A program made the position numbers and the translations under genes. A stretch of DNA of 64,000 nt from a virus, in the IMG/VR virus record IMGVR_UViG_3300021519_000916, positions 32,001 through 96,000 of that record, one strand, 5' to 3'. Each line of letters begins with the position of its first letter. The first letter of the stretch is position 1. This document shows, piece after piece, positions 27,271 to 37,990 of this stretch. The notes below the pieces were generated by a model. The model was not told the origin of the DNA, did not search any database, and was given only the letters and a program-made list of their open reading frames with translations.

Positions 27271-27575
27271 TTAATATGCTTGAAGGGTGGTTTAATACCA
27301 CCTGGCATTTTGCCAAAACAGATTATCAAGATTGGCCATTGCGGTTCACTCTTGAAATGGTTGCATGGGCTGTAAGCATTGGCTGTAGTTTAGGTATGAT
27401 GCTTACTGTACCTAACCCACCGTTGATCTGGCTGTACCCTGCCTGGATAACAGGTTGCGTGATTTATTGTTGGGCGGCGTGGACTAGAGGTTCTTTTGGA
27501 ATGATGGCAAATTATTTGCTATTGAGCACAATTGATTTAATAGCACTTGGCCGCATGATAAGTAAAGTAGTATAA
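27267..27575 (+). CDS. Small membrane protein (three TM segments)
   Basis: Hydrophobic 102-aa ORF, TTGA overlap. Confidence 0.65.
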   Translation: MINMLEGWFNTTWHFAKTDYQDWPLRFTLEMVAWAVSIGCSLGMMLTVPNPPLIWLYPAWITGCVIYCWAAWTRGSFGMMANYLLLSTIDLIALGRMISKVV

Positions 27576-27646
27576 TGTATCAAGGGTCGCTCACTTAACG
27601 AGCATGTAGAGTATGTGCGGGCTATAAGTCGCATTGGAGATTTTAA

Positions 27647-30313
27647 TTGAGTTACATTGACGCTCTCTTTGATAGAGACAAAGATAGGATTCATGTAGTT
27701 GAACGTGTAAATGGTGAGCGGGTATATAAAGAATATCCAGCTAACTACACATTCTACTATGATGATCAAAAAGGCAAGTATCGTACCATCTACGATACTC
27801 CCGTTTCTAAATTCACCACACGCAACGGTAAAGAATTTCATAAAGAGATTCGTGTTAATTCCAACAAGAGATTGTGGGAATCGGACATAAACCCAATCTT
27901 CCGTTGCTTAGAAGATAATTACTCCGGAATTGAATCTCCAAAACTACACACATGTTTTTTTGACATTGAAGTAGACTTTGATCCGGAACGTGGCTACAGT
28001 AAGCCCGACGATCCATTTAATGCCATTACAAGTATTTCACTGTACATGGATTGGATGGATAAACTTGTAACCCTTGTTGTTCCACCTAAGAGCTATTCTT
28101 GGGAGTCTGCTGAAGAAATTTGTAAAAACTTTGACAACTGTTATTTGTTTGAAAACGAAGCAGACATGCTTAACACGTTTTTAGACTTAATAGATGATGC
28201 AGATATATTAAGTGGTTGGAACTCCGAAGGGTACGATATCCCATATACCACAATGCGTATAAATCGTGTATTGAGCAAAGATGACACACGACGCCTATGC
28301 CTATGGGGACAATTTCCTAAACAGCGGACATTTGAACGTTTTGGTGCAGAGAACCTAACATTTGATTTAATTGGTCGTGTGCATATGGACTATATGCAAT
28401 TGTACCGTAAGTATACATACGAAGAAAGACACTCTTACTCATTAGATGCTATCGGCGAATACGAAGAAGTCGGTAGTAAAGTAGCCTATGAAGGCACATT
28501 GGATCAACTCTATAATAAAGAGTTTTCTAAATTCATAGACTACAATCGCCAGGATACTATGTTGTTGGCCAAGTTGGATAAGAAGTTACGCTTCTTAGAT
28601 CTTGCAAATGAACTTGCACATGATAATACTGTACTGTTACCAACCACAATGGGTGCGGTTGCTGTGACGGAACAAGCTATTATTAACGAAGCTCATCAAC
28701 GTGGTATGATTACACCTAACCGGAGATCAAGAGATGACCAAGGAAATACGCAAGCCGCAGGTGCCTATGTTGCTTATCCCAAAAGGGGCATTCACGAATA
28801 CATTGGCGCAATCGACATCAACTCGCTCTATCCCTCGGCTATTAGAGCCCTTAACATGGGGCCAGAAACTATCGTTGGGCAACTCAAACAAACAATGACT
28901 GACAAGTATATTGCAGACAAGATGGCCGCAGGGTCGTCATTTGCAGATGCTTGGGAAAATATGTTTGGTAGCATAGAGTATCAAGCGGTAATGAATATGG
29001 AAATAGGCACAGAGATTACCATTGACTGGGAAGGTAGTAACAGTACTGTACATTCAGCCTCTGAAGTATGGCATATGATTTTTGATTCTCGCCAGCCATG
29101 GACGTTAAGTGCCAACGGAACTATATTTAAGTACGACATGAAAGGTATTATCCCCGGACTATTAGAAAGATGGTATGCTGAACGAAAAGAAATGCAAGCA
29201 AAGAAAAAGGCCGCAGAAACTCCTGAAGAAACTGCCTTCTGGGACAAGCGGCAATTGGTTAAAAAAATTAACCTCAATAGCCTGTATGGCGCCATCCTTA
29301 ACCCGGGGTGCAGGTTCTTCGATCATAGGATTGGCCAAAGTACGACGCTTACGGGGAGGATTATTGCGAAGCACATGGACGCCCATGTCAACGAAGCTAT
29401 TACAGGTGAATACAACCACGTCGGCGAAGCGATTATCTACGGTGATACAGACTCGGTCTATTTCTCAGCCTGGCCGGCGCTTAAAGAAGAAATAGCCACG
29501 GGACGTATGGAATGGAACAGAGAGATCTGTGTCCAACTATACGATACTATTGCAGATAGCGTAAATGAATCATTCCCTGGATTCATGGAACGTGCATGCC
29601 ATGTTCCACGTGATATGGGTACCATTATTAAAGGTGGTAGAGAAATGGTTGCCAGCAAAGGTCTGTTTATTAAAAAGAAACGCTATGCTGTATTGATTTA
29701 CGATCTTGAAAACAATAGATTGGACACACATGGTAAGCCTGGCAAAGTAAAAGCCATGGGTCTTGACCTTAAGCGCAGTGATACTCCCAAGGTAGTACAA
29801 AACTTCCTAAGCGAGATCCTATTAGAAGTACTAACTGGTACTGGTAATGTTAAACAAAAGGTAATTGACAAAGTTCGTGATTTTAAATTACTCTTTGCAG
29901 AACGACCGGCGTGGGAAAAAGGTACACCTAAACGTGTAAACAATTTAACCAAGTATACAGCAGAAGAAGCACGTCTTGGTAAGGCAAATATGCCGGGACA
30001 CGTTCGTGCCGCAATGAATTGGAATAACCTTAAACGTATGCACGGAGATAATTATTCCATGGCAATTGTTGACGGAATGAAAACTGTTGTGTGTAAACTC
30101 AGAGACAACCCACTGGGATATACCAGTGTTGGCTATCCTACAGACGGAACTCATATTCCACAGTGGTTTAAAGATTTGCCTTTTGACCAAGACAGTATGG
30201 AAATGGGAATTGTAGATCAAAAAGTAGAAAACTTACTGGGTGTGCTTGAATGGCAAATTGCCGAAAGCACAGATATTAAAACAACATTTGATGCATTGTT
30301 TACCTTTGAGTAA
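27647..30313 (+). CDS. Family B DNA polymerase with 3'-5' exonuclease
   Basis: DIEV, GWNSEGYDIPY, DINSLYPS, KKINLNSLYG, YGDTDS, KKRY; TTG start with GGAG SD. Confidence 0.97.
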   Translation: MSYIDALFDRDKDRIHVVERVNGERVYKEYPANYTFYYDDQKGKYRTIYDTPVSKFTTRNGKEFHKEIRVNSNKRLWESDINPIFRCLEDNYSGIESPKLHTCFFDIEVDFDPERGYSKPDDPFNAITSISLYMDWMDKLVTLVVPPKSYSWESAEEICKNFDNCYLFENEADMLNTFLDLIDDADILSGWNSEGYDIPYTTMRINRVLSKDDTRRLCLWGQFPKQRTFERFGAENLTFDLIGRVHMDYMQLYRKYTYEERHSYSLDAIGEYEEVGSKVAYEGTLDQLYNKEFSKFIDYNRQDTMLLAKLDKKLRFLDLANELAHDNTVLLPTTMGAVAVTEQAIINEAHQRGMITPNRRSRDDQGNTQAAGAYVAYPKRGIHEYIGAIDINSLYPSAIRALNMGPETIVGQLKQTMTDKYIADKMAAGSSFADAWENMFGSIEYQAVMNMEIGTEITIDWEGSNSTVHSASEVWHMIFDSRQPWTLSANGTIFKYDMKGIIPGLLERWYAERKEMQAKKKAAETPEETAFWDKRQLVKKINLNSLYGAILNPGCRFFDHRIGQSTTLTGRIIAKHMDAHVNEAITGEYNHVGEAIIYGDTDSVYFSAWPALKEEIATGRMEWNREICVQLYDTIADSVNESFPGFMERACHVPRDMGTIIKGGREMVASKGLFIKKKRYAVLIYDLENNRLDTHGKPGKVKAMGLDLKRSDTPKVVQNFLSEILLEVLTGTGNVKQKVIDKVRDFKLLFAERPAWEKGTPKRVNNLTKYTAEEARLGKANMPGHVRAAMNWNNLKRMHGDNYSMAIVDGMKTVVCKLRDNPLGYTSVGYPTDGTHIPQWFKDLPFDQDSMEMGIVDQKVENLLGVLEWQIAESTDIKTTFDALFTFE

Positions 30314-30316
30314 GTT

Positions 30317-31327
30317 ATGGCTCTGTACGATCTAGTTACCTTAAAAACACAACTAACCGAAGCGTTAGATGTTGCTCCGTCAATTGAAAAATTAACAGAA
30401 CTGCGTACGGCTATTTTAAATATTAAGTTACAGGTACAACAGTTAACACCAGAACAAATAGAATACATCGATAGCATGGTAGCACATTATGATAATGTAA
30501 TTGCAATTGCCACTGCCCCTGTTAATAGTAATAAAGAGTTTTTGCGTAAAATTGATACAGAAATTAACGAAATTACTCACCGTTTATTTGCGGGCAACTA
30601 TGATTTAGAAAACAGACCCGGTGACGTTCACTTTGTTAGACGCAGTAGACGCATTAGTATCGAAGGGCAATTTGATGATAACCAACACGTAATTCGACAA
30701 AAGATAGCCACTAGAACCAGTTGGAAATATCCATCATTAGAAATTGGATGTCGTGACGGTGAATGGACTCAGCATTTAATAGCTGCCGACCCTTTATATG
30801 TAGTTGATTTCCATCAAGAGTTTCTTGACTTTACCACGGGACGTTTTCCAACTGAATATCAACGTAGATTGCGTTCATACAGAATAGTCGACCACAATTT
30901 AAAAATGTTACCACAAGGAGTGTTTGGTTTTATTTTTAGTTGGGGATATTTTAACTATGTTAGTGTAGATACAATGAAACAGTACCTAAAGCAAATACAC
31001 GATCTTTTGCGGCCAGGTGGTACATTTATGTTTACATACAACGATGGTGATACGCCAAATGGTGCAGGTATGGCAGAAAACTTTGCACAAACCTATATGC
31101 CAAAAAGTCTGTTAATACCATTGGTCAATAGTATTGGGTTTAGTGTGATTGAGGAATCTAGATTTAGTACTCACATTAGTTGGCTTGAAATTAAAAAGCC
31201 CGGAATACTACATACCATCAAGACACATCAAGTTTTAGGTGAAATTAAAAAGAGAGAAGACTCTATATTATCCTTGACAAATTTCATTGGAAGCACTATA
31301 ATAGATAATACACAGGAGAAGCTATGA
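30317..31327 (+). CDS. SAM-dependent methyltransferase with an N-terminal coiled coil
   Basis: LEIGCRDG, VVD, LLRPGG.FMF. Confidence 0.8.
   Translation: MALYDLVTLKTQLTEALDVAPSIEKLTELRTAILNIKLQVQQLTPEQIEYIDSMVAHYDNVIAIATAPVNSNKEFLRKIDTEINEITHRLFAGNYDLENRPGDVHFVRRSRRISIEGQFDDNQHVIRQKIATRTSWKYPSLEIGCRDGEWTQHLIAADPLYVVDFHQEFLDFTTGRFPTEYQRRLRSYRIVDHNLKMLPQGVFGFIFSWGYFNYVSVDTMKQYLKQIHDLLRPGGTFMFTYNDGDTPNGAGMAENFAQTYMPKSLLIPLVNSIGFSVIEESRFSTHISWLEIKKPGILHTIKTHQVLGEIKKREDSILSLTNFIGSTIIDNTQEKL
31274..31302 (+). promoter_or_regulatory. Sigma70 consensus promoter
   Basis: TTGACA-17-TATAAT upstream of the AGGAG SD of 31324. Confidence 0.8.
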
Positions 31328-32055
31328 AAGATTATTTGCAAGACATCGTACAACATACACATGGACTAGGTACAATTGACTTAGTCAAGATTACCGGAAC
31401 CGATACAGACACTACTATTAACTCTGTAGCAGAAGATCGTAGCGTGATTGTTGAAGCTAAATTTAAAAAAGCACACCCAGATTTCGTTGGAACATTTGGT
31501 ATGCCAAACTTGGGCAAACTTCATACTATTTTGAATATCCCCGAGTATAAAGAAGATGCTAAATTAACAATTACACGCCAAAATCGCAATGGCGAAGATA
31601 CACCAAATGGTGTTCATTTTGAAAACAAAGCCGGTGACTTTAAAAACGATTATCGCTTTATGGATGCCGCAGTTGTTAACGACAAACTTAAATCAGTTAA
31701 GTTTAAAGGTGTAACATGGGGTGTTGATATTGTTCCAACAAATCAAAACATTCAGCGCCTTCGTTTCCAAGCCAGTGCTAACAGCGAAGAAACTACATTT
31801 GCCGCTAAAGTTGAGAATGGTAATTTGAATTTTTACTTTGGTGATGCTTCTAGCCACGCAGGTAACTTTGTATTCCAAGCAGGCGTGAGTGGAACATTGA
31901 CTACATCGTGGGCATGGCCAGTTAGTGCTGTTATTGCCATCCTGGGACTGTCTGGCGACAAGACCTTTAAATTTAGTGATCAAGGTGCATCGATGATCAC
32001 GGTTGATAGTGGACTTGTTGATTACTCTTACATTATTCCAGCACAAACTAAGTGA
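31324..32055 (+). CDS. Probable DNA polymerase sliding clamp (gp45/PCNA-like)
   Basis: 243 aa, beta-rich two-domain pattern, FG.P.L..L..IL, C-terminal YSYIIPA; close to the polymerase. Confidence 0.6.
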   Translation: MKDYLQDIVQHTHGLGTIDLVKITGTDTDTTINSVAEDRSVIVEAKFKKAHPDFVGTFGMPNLGKLHTILNIPEYKEDAKLTITRQNRNGEDTPNGVHFENKAGDFKNDYRFMDAAVVNDKLKSVKFKGVTWGVDIVPTNQNIQRLRFQASANSEETTFAAKVENGNLNFYFGDASSHAGNFVFQAGVSGTLTTSWAWPVSAVIAILGLSGDKTFKFSDQGASMITVDSGLVDYSYIIPAQTK

Positions 32056-32678
32056 TAGTAGACGCAGGTTTTTTAAACTCCTGGGAACATAAGGGCCATG
32101 TGTACGGAGAATGCATGAGTAAGTCCGACACAGACCTTATGTACGTACACATTCCTAAGAATGCCAGCTCGTGGACAAAACCTAATCTACAAGACTTTAA
32201 GTGGGAATTTTATAACTATCACACAGACCATTTAAATAAACATGCCATTGTTGTATTACGTGACCCAGTTGACCGATGGGTAAGTGGCATTGCAGAATAC
32301 CTAGCATTATATCATCCAGACTTTATACTACACGACTTAGAAGGATTGGCTTTAATATTTGATAGAATATGTTTTGACGACCACACCGAGCGTCAAGTAA
32401 ACTTTATACACGGACTAGACACAGATCGTTGCACGTTTTTTAGATGCGATAGTTACTATAGAGAAGACTTTAGCACATTCTTAGATGAACACGGAATGCC
32501 TAATCGCTATCACAAATACGAGCCACAGCATGTCAGCGAACTAAGTCCAGTACGCAGTAAGTTTAAAAATATATTTTTAAAAGAGATACAAAATCCTAAA
32601 TACCTCAAAGCGGTTAAAGATTATTTTGCCGCAGACTACAATTTAATTAATAACATAAAGTTCTATGGATCAAGATAA
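32052..32678 (+). CDS. Sulfotransferase family 2-like protein
   Basis: YVHIPKNASS (5'-PSB), VLRDPVDRWVSG (3'-PB), H...Q, Y..DY. Confidence 0.75.
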   Translation: MIVDAGFLNSWEHKGHVYGECMSKSDTDLMYVHIPKNASSWTKPNLQDFKWEFYNYHTDHLNKHAIVVLRDPVDRWVSGIAEYLALYHPDFILHDLEGLALIFDRICFDDHTERQVNFIHGLDTDRCTFFRCDSYYREDFSTFLDEHGMPNRYHKYEPQHVSELSPVRSKFKNIFLKEIQNPKYLKAVKDYFAADYNLINNIKFYGSR

Positions 32679-34284
32679 CTTAACCGCTAAACAAAAAGAC
32701 TACGCTATATTTTTACCTGCTATCAGTGGCTTCTATGCTACCTTTGTAGGTAAACAGCGAGTCAACAACGACTATGTAGACCCTGCACGTTTTCCGCAGG
32801 GTATAACGGATATGGAACAACTTAACTGGCTGAACAACCAGAAAGCGTTGTTCCCATATAAGTGGTCGCTTTACTCCGGCGGCCACGCCAACCTTGACCT
32901 TAATAAGCCAGATATGGCTGAGGACATGGTTCGCAATCGCGACCCAAACACGCTAGTCTTAGGAGACTCTGGAGGTTTCCAGATTGCCAAAGGACTATGG
33001 GAAGGCGATTGGAAAGCCAACTCAGGATGCCCGAAGGCCCAGAAAAAACGAGAACAAGTTTTAGCTTGGCTGGACGGCATTGCTGACTACGGTATGACTC
33101 TTGATATCCCAACTTGGGTTATACATGATAAAAATGCAGGGCAGAAATGCGGTATTAGTACATTACAGGAAGCTGTAGACGCTACCAAGTTTAATAATGA
33201 ATACTTCATGAAACATCGTAAGGGCATTAATAACGGTGGCGTCAAGATATTAAATGTGTTACAAGGTGCCAGCCACGATGATGCTGAACAATGGTACCAA
33301 CTAATGAAAGACTATTGTGATCCTGTAAAGTATCCCGACACACATTTCAATGGGTGGAGTATGGGTGGTCAGAATATGTGTGATGTTGAGTTGGTATTAA
33401 AACGACTAGTATCATTGCGGTATGATAATTTACTGCAAGAAGGTATACATGATTGGATGCACTTCCTGGGCACAAGTAAATTAGAATGGGCTGTATTATT
33501 AACTGTTATACAAAGGGCAGTAAGAAAACATGTCAACCCCAAATTTACAATTAGCTTCGACTGTGCCAGCCCATTTTTGGCCACAGCTAACGGGCAAGTT
33601 TACTTTGAAAACGTCTTTCCTCAAGACGAGAAATGGTCGTATAGGATGGCTCCATCAGCTGACAATAAAGCATACGCCCTTGACTCGCGCAAGTGGAGTG
33701 ACGGAGTTGTACAAGACGGCATATACCCAAGATGGGAGGATAGTCCAATTAGTAATCTGTTACAGATGAAGGATATCTGTATCTATAAGCCTGGTGTAGC
33801 CAAAGCAGGCGTTACGTTAACTGAGCATAATTTTAAAGATCCCGAGATGTACGATGTATTACCCGATGCAAATAAAAATGGCAAATGGGGCAAGACATCA
33901 TGGGATAGTTTTAGTTATGCATTACTAATGGGTCATAATGTTTGGATGCACCTAACTGCGGTACAAGAAGCCAACCGCAGATTTGATACGGGCGAGCATC
34001 CTGCAATGATGCAATATAGTACCGGAGATTATGCGTACTTTGAAGATATCGTTGAAGCGATCTTTGCTGCACCAACTAAAGGAGATAGTCTAGAAATTAT
34101 CAAATACTATACTAACTACTGGATGGAGATTATTGGTACCAGAGGATTCAAAGGCAAGAAAGCATTAAGTGGTCGCACAATGGCCGCAAAGCACGTAGAA
34201 ATTGAAGGTAACTTTGCTAAAGAGAAACCTAAGAAGAAAGAAAAAACCAAACCTATACTGGACCCATCTATTTTTGAGGAATAA
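32665..34284 (+). CDS. dpdA: tRNA-guanine transglycosylase-like protein, probable DNA 7-deazaguanine transglycosylase (DpdA-type)
   Basis: LGDSGGFQI, MTLDIP, LNVLQG, HFLG and SFDCAS TGT motifs; genome also has folE/queD/queE. Confidence 0.75.
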   Translation: MDQDNLTAKQKDYAIFLPAISGFYATFVGKQRVNNDYVDPARFPQGITDMEQLNWLNNQKALFPYKWSLYSGGHANLDLNKPDMAEDMVRNRDPNTLVLGDSGGFQIAKGLWEGDWKANSGCPKAQKKREQVLAWLDGIADYGMTLDIPTWVIHDKNAGQKCGISTLQEAVDATKFNNEYFMKHRKGINNGGVKILNVLQGASHDDAEQWYQLMKDYCDPVKYPDTHFNGWSMGGQNMCDVELVLKRLVSLRYDNLLQEGIHDWMHFLGTSKLEWAVLLTVIQRAVRKHVNPKFTISFDCASPFLATANGQVYFENVFPQDEKWSYRMAPSADNKAYALDSRKWSDGVVQDGIYPRWEDSPISNLLQMKDICIYKPGVAKAGVTLTEHNFKDPEMYDVLPDANKNGKWGKTSWDSFSYALLMGHNVWMHLTAVQEANRRFDTGEHPAMMQYSTGDYAYFEDIVEAIFAAPTKGDSLEIIKYYTNYWMEIIGTRGFKGKKALSGRTMAAKHVEIEGNFAKEKPKKKEKTKPILDPSIFEE

Positions 34285-34286
34285 TC

Positions 34287-34484
34287 ATGACCATAACAGC
34301 ACGTATAAAACATTTAGAAAATGAACATCAAAAATTAGATAAGAAGATTGATGGTTTAGAAAAGTCCGGAAACTTTCAGGATGAACTACTAAACAAATTG
34401 AAAAAACAAAGGTTGCATATTAAAGACGATCTTGTTAAAATCAAAGAAACAATTGCATTTAATAAGAGTAAAGAAAATGGATAG
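34287..34484 (+). CDS. DUF465/YdcH-like coiled-coil protein
   Basis: L..EH..LD..I...LKKQRL.IKD.L. Confidence 0.8.
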   Translation: MTITARIKHLENEHQKLDKKIDGLEKSGNFQDELLNKLKKQRLHIKDDLVKIKETIAFNKSKENG

Positions 34485-34992
34485 AATTGGACACGAAAAA
34501 GTAGATTTCTTCATTGGCAAGGAAGTTGAACATAGTTCAGCATTTGGCCATACAACCCTGTTTGTGGTTGGATTACAAAATGAACAAATCGTTTTAAACC
34601 TTGCAAAAAACAACAATTGCACTCATGTATATTTTGGTGCTAATCAAAGTTTCCCCAATCCTGCATTTAATGATGAGCCAACTTGGCGTGGGTGGGAAGA
34701 TATGATCCAAGAATGTTTACGTGCTGGACTACTGTGTACACTAGACTTAGATGTGAGTAGCGTTGAGGGGTTAGCTGAAAGTGGGTTAGCTGACTACAAT
34801 AACTTTATCCCAATGATTTCGGTGAAATTACCCTATATACAACTACTAGGATATAATGCTATAATTAAGCTAGACGACAAGGATTTTGCAAAAACAAATC
34901 CTGGTGTTTGGTGTCATAGTTTACATGATTTAAAGGACCGTAAAAAGTTTACGGATTGGTCGAAGTACACACAAGATGAGATTATTAAATGA
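34477..34992 (+). CDS. Hypothetical protein of the dpd neighbourhood
   Basis: FF.G.EVEH, HVYFGAN.SF, KLDD.DF..TNPGVW; start at 34477 inferred. Confidence 0.7.
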   Translation: MDRIGHEKVDFFIGKEVEHSSAFGHTTLFVVGLQNEQIVLNLAKNNNCTHVYFGANQSFPNPAFNDEPTWRGWEDMIQECLRAGLLCTLDLDVSSVEGLAESGLADYNNFIPMISVKLPYIQLLGYNAIIKLDDKDFAKTNPGVWCHSLHDLKDRKKFTDWSKYTQDEIIK

Positions 34993-35288
34993 TTAGGCTT
35001 ATTTGGAGTTATATAATGAAGTGGGGTTGGGACTATAATCGTAACGGTCGGTCTATCGGTAACGAACCATACCCATCTAAGCAATTGAGCATCAGTACCG
35101 ATTCAAATGAATTTGGTGACCCTATTCGTTTTAGTGTGACCCCGGCAAATGGTGGGGTTGTGGTCACTGTCCGCACATACGATAAATTAAAAGATCGATC
35201 AAAAGAAACTGTACACGTAATACCCGATGACACTGATTACGCCAAGGCAGTTGGAGACCTCGTTGCAATGGAGATTCTAAAATCATGA
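34989..35288 (+). CDS. Hypothetical protein (paralog of 54351-54668)
   Basis: Shared A.GG.VV.V...H.IPDD.D....G motif. Confidence 0.65.
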   Translation: MIRLIWSYIMKWGWDYNRNGRSIGNEPYPSKQLSISTDSNEFGDPIRFSVTPANGGVVVTVRTYDKLKDRSKETVHVIPDDTDYAKAVGDLVAMEILKS

Positions 35289-35734
35289 ACCAAGAATTAA
35301 GAGAAACAATAGACCGCGTTACCCATGCGGCAAAACGAGAAATTTGGGTTACATTCCGCAAGGAAGGCATTCACTGCTATCCAGCGGCAGCAACTGATCC
35401 GTTACTAAATACTAATAATGAATACAACGTTGCGTTCCTTGCTAATCCTCATCGCCATATATTTCATTTCAGGGTGTCAATCGATGTGTTCCATAATGAC
35501 AGGGACATCGAGTTCATCCAGTTCAAACGATGGTGCGAGTCGTTGTATAATGGTTCGACTTCCGTTTTAGCTTTAGACTACAAGTCCTGCGAAATGATTG
35601 CAGATGACTTGTATATCCAAATTGCCGCACGTTATCCCAATCGTGCAGTAACAATTGAAGTATCCGAGGACGGTGAAAACGGATGTTCAATTACATATAA
35701 CCTCACCCGTCCATATCAATCAATCGTAATTTAA
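35285..35734 (+). CDS. dpdL: QueD-paralog T-fold protein, DpdL-like (putative CDG decarboxylase)
   Basis: H in GIHCY, LANPHRHIF (LxxxHRHxF in place of QueD CxxxHGH), SCEMIA, VSEDGENG. Confidence 0.65.
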   Translation: MNQELRETIDRVTHAAKREIWVTFRKEGIHCYPAAATDPLLNTNNEYNVAFLANPHRHIFHFRVSIDVFHNDRDIEFIQFKRWCESLYNGSTSVLALDYKSCEMIADDLYIQIAARYPNRAVTIEVSEDGENGCSITYNLTRPYQSIVI

Positions 35735-35744
35735 AGGAAGCATC

Positions 35745-36011
35745 ATGGCCCAAGAATGGCTTGCTAAGTATCTGCGTATGAAACCCGAAGTCAGTGAAAT
35801 TTTTGATGATCTTGAAACTTATCATCAATTTTGTGTGGACTACGGTTACCCGTTTGATGAATCACATCTTTATAACGAACGTACTCATTATGGTGAGTTT
35901 GTTAAGATGACCAAGGGACGCGAACCCTGGGATCAATGGCGTACTCCCAAGCGTGAGCGCAAAGATTTTGTGCCGCGTAGTGAGTGGAAACCACGCAGGA
36001 ACAATGCGTAA
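35745..36011 (+). CDS. Hypothetical protein
   Basis: 88-aa ORF, AAGGA SD. Confidence 0.7.
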   Translation: MAQEWLAKYLRMKPEVSEIFDDLETYHQFCVDYGYPFDESHLYNERTHYGEFVKMTKGREPWDQWRTPKRERKDFVPRSEWKPRRNNA

Positions 36012-36146
36012 ATGTATAGAGTTAGTTACTACATGGCTGGCGGATCTAAGGTTCACAAAACGTTTAGCACGTTAGATGAGGCTATTAGATTTTCCATCTC
36101 TCCCCAGGTGGGGTTTGAAAACTTTTTTCAAATTATTAAAGAATAA
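36012..36146 (+). CDS. Small hypothetical protein (44 aa, not in the ORF track)
   Basis: MYRVSYYMAGGSKVHKTF...; fills the gap exactly, with AGGA upstream and a TAATG overlap downstream. Confidence 0.55.
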   Translation: MYRVSYYMAGGSKVHKTFSTLDEAIRFSISPQVGFENFFQIIKE

Positions 36147-37333
36147 TGAAATTATATAAAATGCGTAAATTATGGTACATGGGACTTGAACCCTATAAAG
36201 CAAGATATACACTACAGTTACAAGACTGGAATGAAGCGGTATTTAAACGTCGCGGAATTAACTACGAACTTGTGACTGGAGAAACAATTAGTAATGATCA
36301 GGCTATTGTAACGGGGCAAGTATTAGATGCACACGGACGTACTTACTTTGGTATGAGTCAACTAATGAACCTTGTACGTAAGATGAAACAAGGAGAAGTT
36401 ACGCATGAAGATGTTATCTATTTTGAAGATATGTTCCAGCCCGGTATTGAGAGCCTACCTTATATTCTCGATCAAATCGATCCTGCTCATAGGCCTCGCA
36501 TTGCTGTACGTTGCCTTGCACAAAGTATTGATCCAGATGACTTCGTTCATGTATGGGGTATGGCTAAGTGGATGGGACTTTATGAGAAGATGGTGGATAG
36601 TTTTGCGGATATTGTATTAGCATCAAACGAAGAAATGGTCATGCACATGAAGATTGCAGGCTGGGAAGCCCCCCTATACAACATCTCTGGATTGGCGTTC
36701 GGCAAAGATGAAGTACGTGCAAGAGTACCAGGTCCATTAAAACCATTCAACGAGCGTACGATGCGTGTGGGTTTTGCGGCACGATGGGATCAAGAAAAAC
36801 AGCCAGACTTCTTTATGGATCTAGCTGAACGTTTTCATTCGCAAAATCCTAACTGTGAGTTTGCTGTATTCTCTGGTAGCAAACTTAAATCAAATAACAA
36901 TAGTTATATGAACCGTACACGTGACTTGCAGGCACGTGGTGTATTAAAGATATACGAGGATTTAGAAAAGAATGATTACTATACTCTCCTTAACGATACT
37001 CGTGTGTTGTTTAATTGCGCCCTACAAGATTGGGTATCTAACACAGTTTCCGAAGCTGATACTTTGGGTGCTAATGTGTTGTATCCTGCTTATCGCAGTT
37101 TCCCCGAGACATTTGCAAACGATCCAGAACGACTTTATGTTCCTTGGTCATTGGATGATGCCAGTGGAAAATTAACTAAATTATTAGCGGCACCCCATGT
37201 AAATCAAGGACGGATTAGCGAGTGGACTGATGGTACAATTGATAGAATAGTAGATATCCTTGAAGGCAAGGGTGAACAATGGAAACGTATGAATACCGAT
37301 TATCGTAAACATACACATGAAAGCAAGTATTAA
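36146..37333 (+). CDS. GT-B fold (family 4-like) glycosyltransferase
   Basis: FAARWDQEKQP (R....K), QDWVSNTVSEA...G acceptor/donor motif, P...SFPE. Confidence 0.8.
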   Translation: MKLYKMRKLWYMGLEPYKARYTLQLQDWNEAVFKRRGINYELVTGETISNDQAIVTGQVLDAHGRTYFGMSQLMNLVRKMKQGEVTHEDVIYFEDMFQPGIESLPYILDQIDPAHRPRIAVRCLAQSIDPDDFVHVWGMAKWMGLYEKMVDSFADIVLASNEEMVMHMKIAGWEAPLYNISGLAFGKDEVRARVPGPLKPFNERTMRVGFAARWDQEKQPDFFMDLAERFHSQNPNCEFAVFSGSKLKSNNNSYMNRTRDLQARGVLKIYEDLEKNDYYTLLNDTRVLFNCALQDWVSNTVSEADTLGANVLYPAYRSFPETFANDPERLYVPWSLDDASGKLTKLLAAPHVNQGRISEWTDGTIDRIVDILEGKGEQWKRMNTDYRKHTHESKY

Positions 37334-37352
37334 TTTAACTCAGGAGATGAAA

Positions 37353-37565
37353 ATGGCAACAGCAAAAACAGTAAATAAACTCAACGATAAGTTGACAAAA
37401 ATTAACGAAAACTTTACAATTAATATGTACGACAATGGCTTCATGGTAGAAGCTGGCGGTCGCAATAAAAAAGGCGACTATGTTAATGCCAAGATTCTAT
37501 GTAACACATTAGATGAAGTATTGTCTTTGGTTAAAGAAGCTGGCGAAATGGATCGAGACGTTTAA
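37353..37565 (+). CDS. Hypothetical protein
   Basis: AGGAG SD before ATG 37353. Confidence 0.7.
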   Translation: MATAKTVNKLNDKLTKINENFTINMYDNGFMVEAGGRNKKGDYVNAKILCNTLDEVLSLVKEAGEMDRDV

Positions 37566-37579
37566 GGAGATTAATAATC

Positions 37580-37990
37580 ATGGCACATTGGACTGTATCT
37601 ACTGCGGAAAAGAAATCCTGTGAAGAGCGGGAGATTTGGACTAAAGGTAACAAAACTATTGTTCGTATTAACGGATTTCGTTGGGGTACATTTAGTGTAG
37701 AAACCAATGATGATAATCCGCCGGACGGAATTACTGCTGAGAACGAAGACAGCATTGATATGTATAGTCACTGCGGAGACAACATTGATACTATTGACCT
37801 AATATCAATGGACGATGGCTGGTACGGTGATTTTGAGTTTATTGGGTTTGAAGGAGACGAAGAACAAGAGATCCTTGATGCTATAGACGAAGCAGATGAC
37901 TATTACGAATACCTAGAGGAAAACGGTTGGTCTAATGACGACACCGAAGGCTGGTTGCATGGTTCACTTGAAATCACAAAGGACGCATGA
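37580..37990 (+). CDS. Highly acidic hypothetical protein
   Basis: AAGGAG SD; Asp/Glu-rich C-terminal half. Confidence 0.7.
   Translation: MAHWTVSTAEKKSCEEREIWTKGNKTIVRINGFRWGTFSVETNDDNPPDGITAENEDSIDMYSHCGDNIDTIDLISMDDGWYGDFEFIGFEGDEEQEILDAIDEADDYYEYLEENGWSNDDTEGWLHGSLEITKDA

Noticed and set aside
27647-30313. Intein or intron in the DNA polymerase
   Set aside because: 888 aa with all motifs in order; no C/S...HN splice motifs or LAGLIDADG insertion seen
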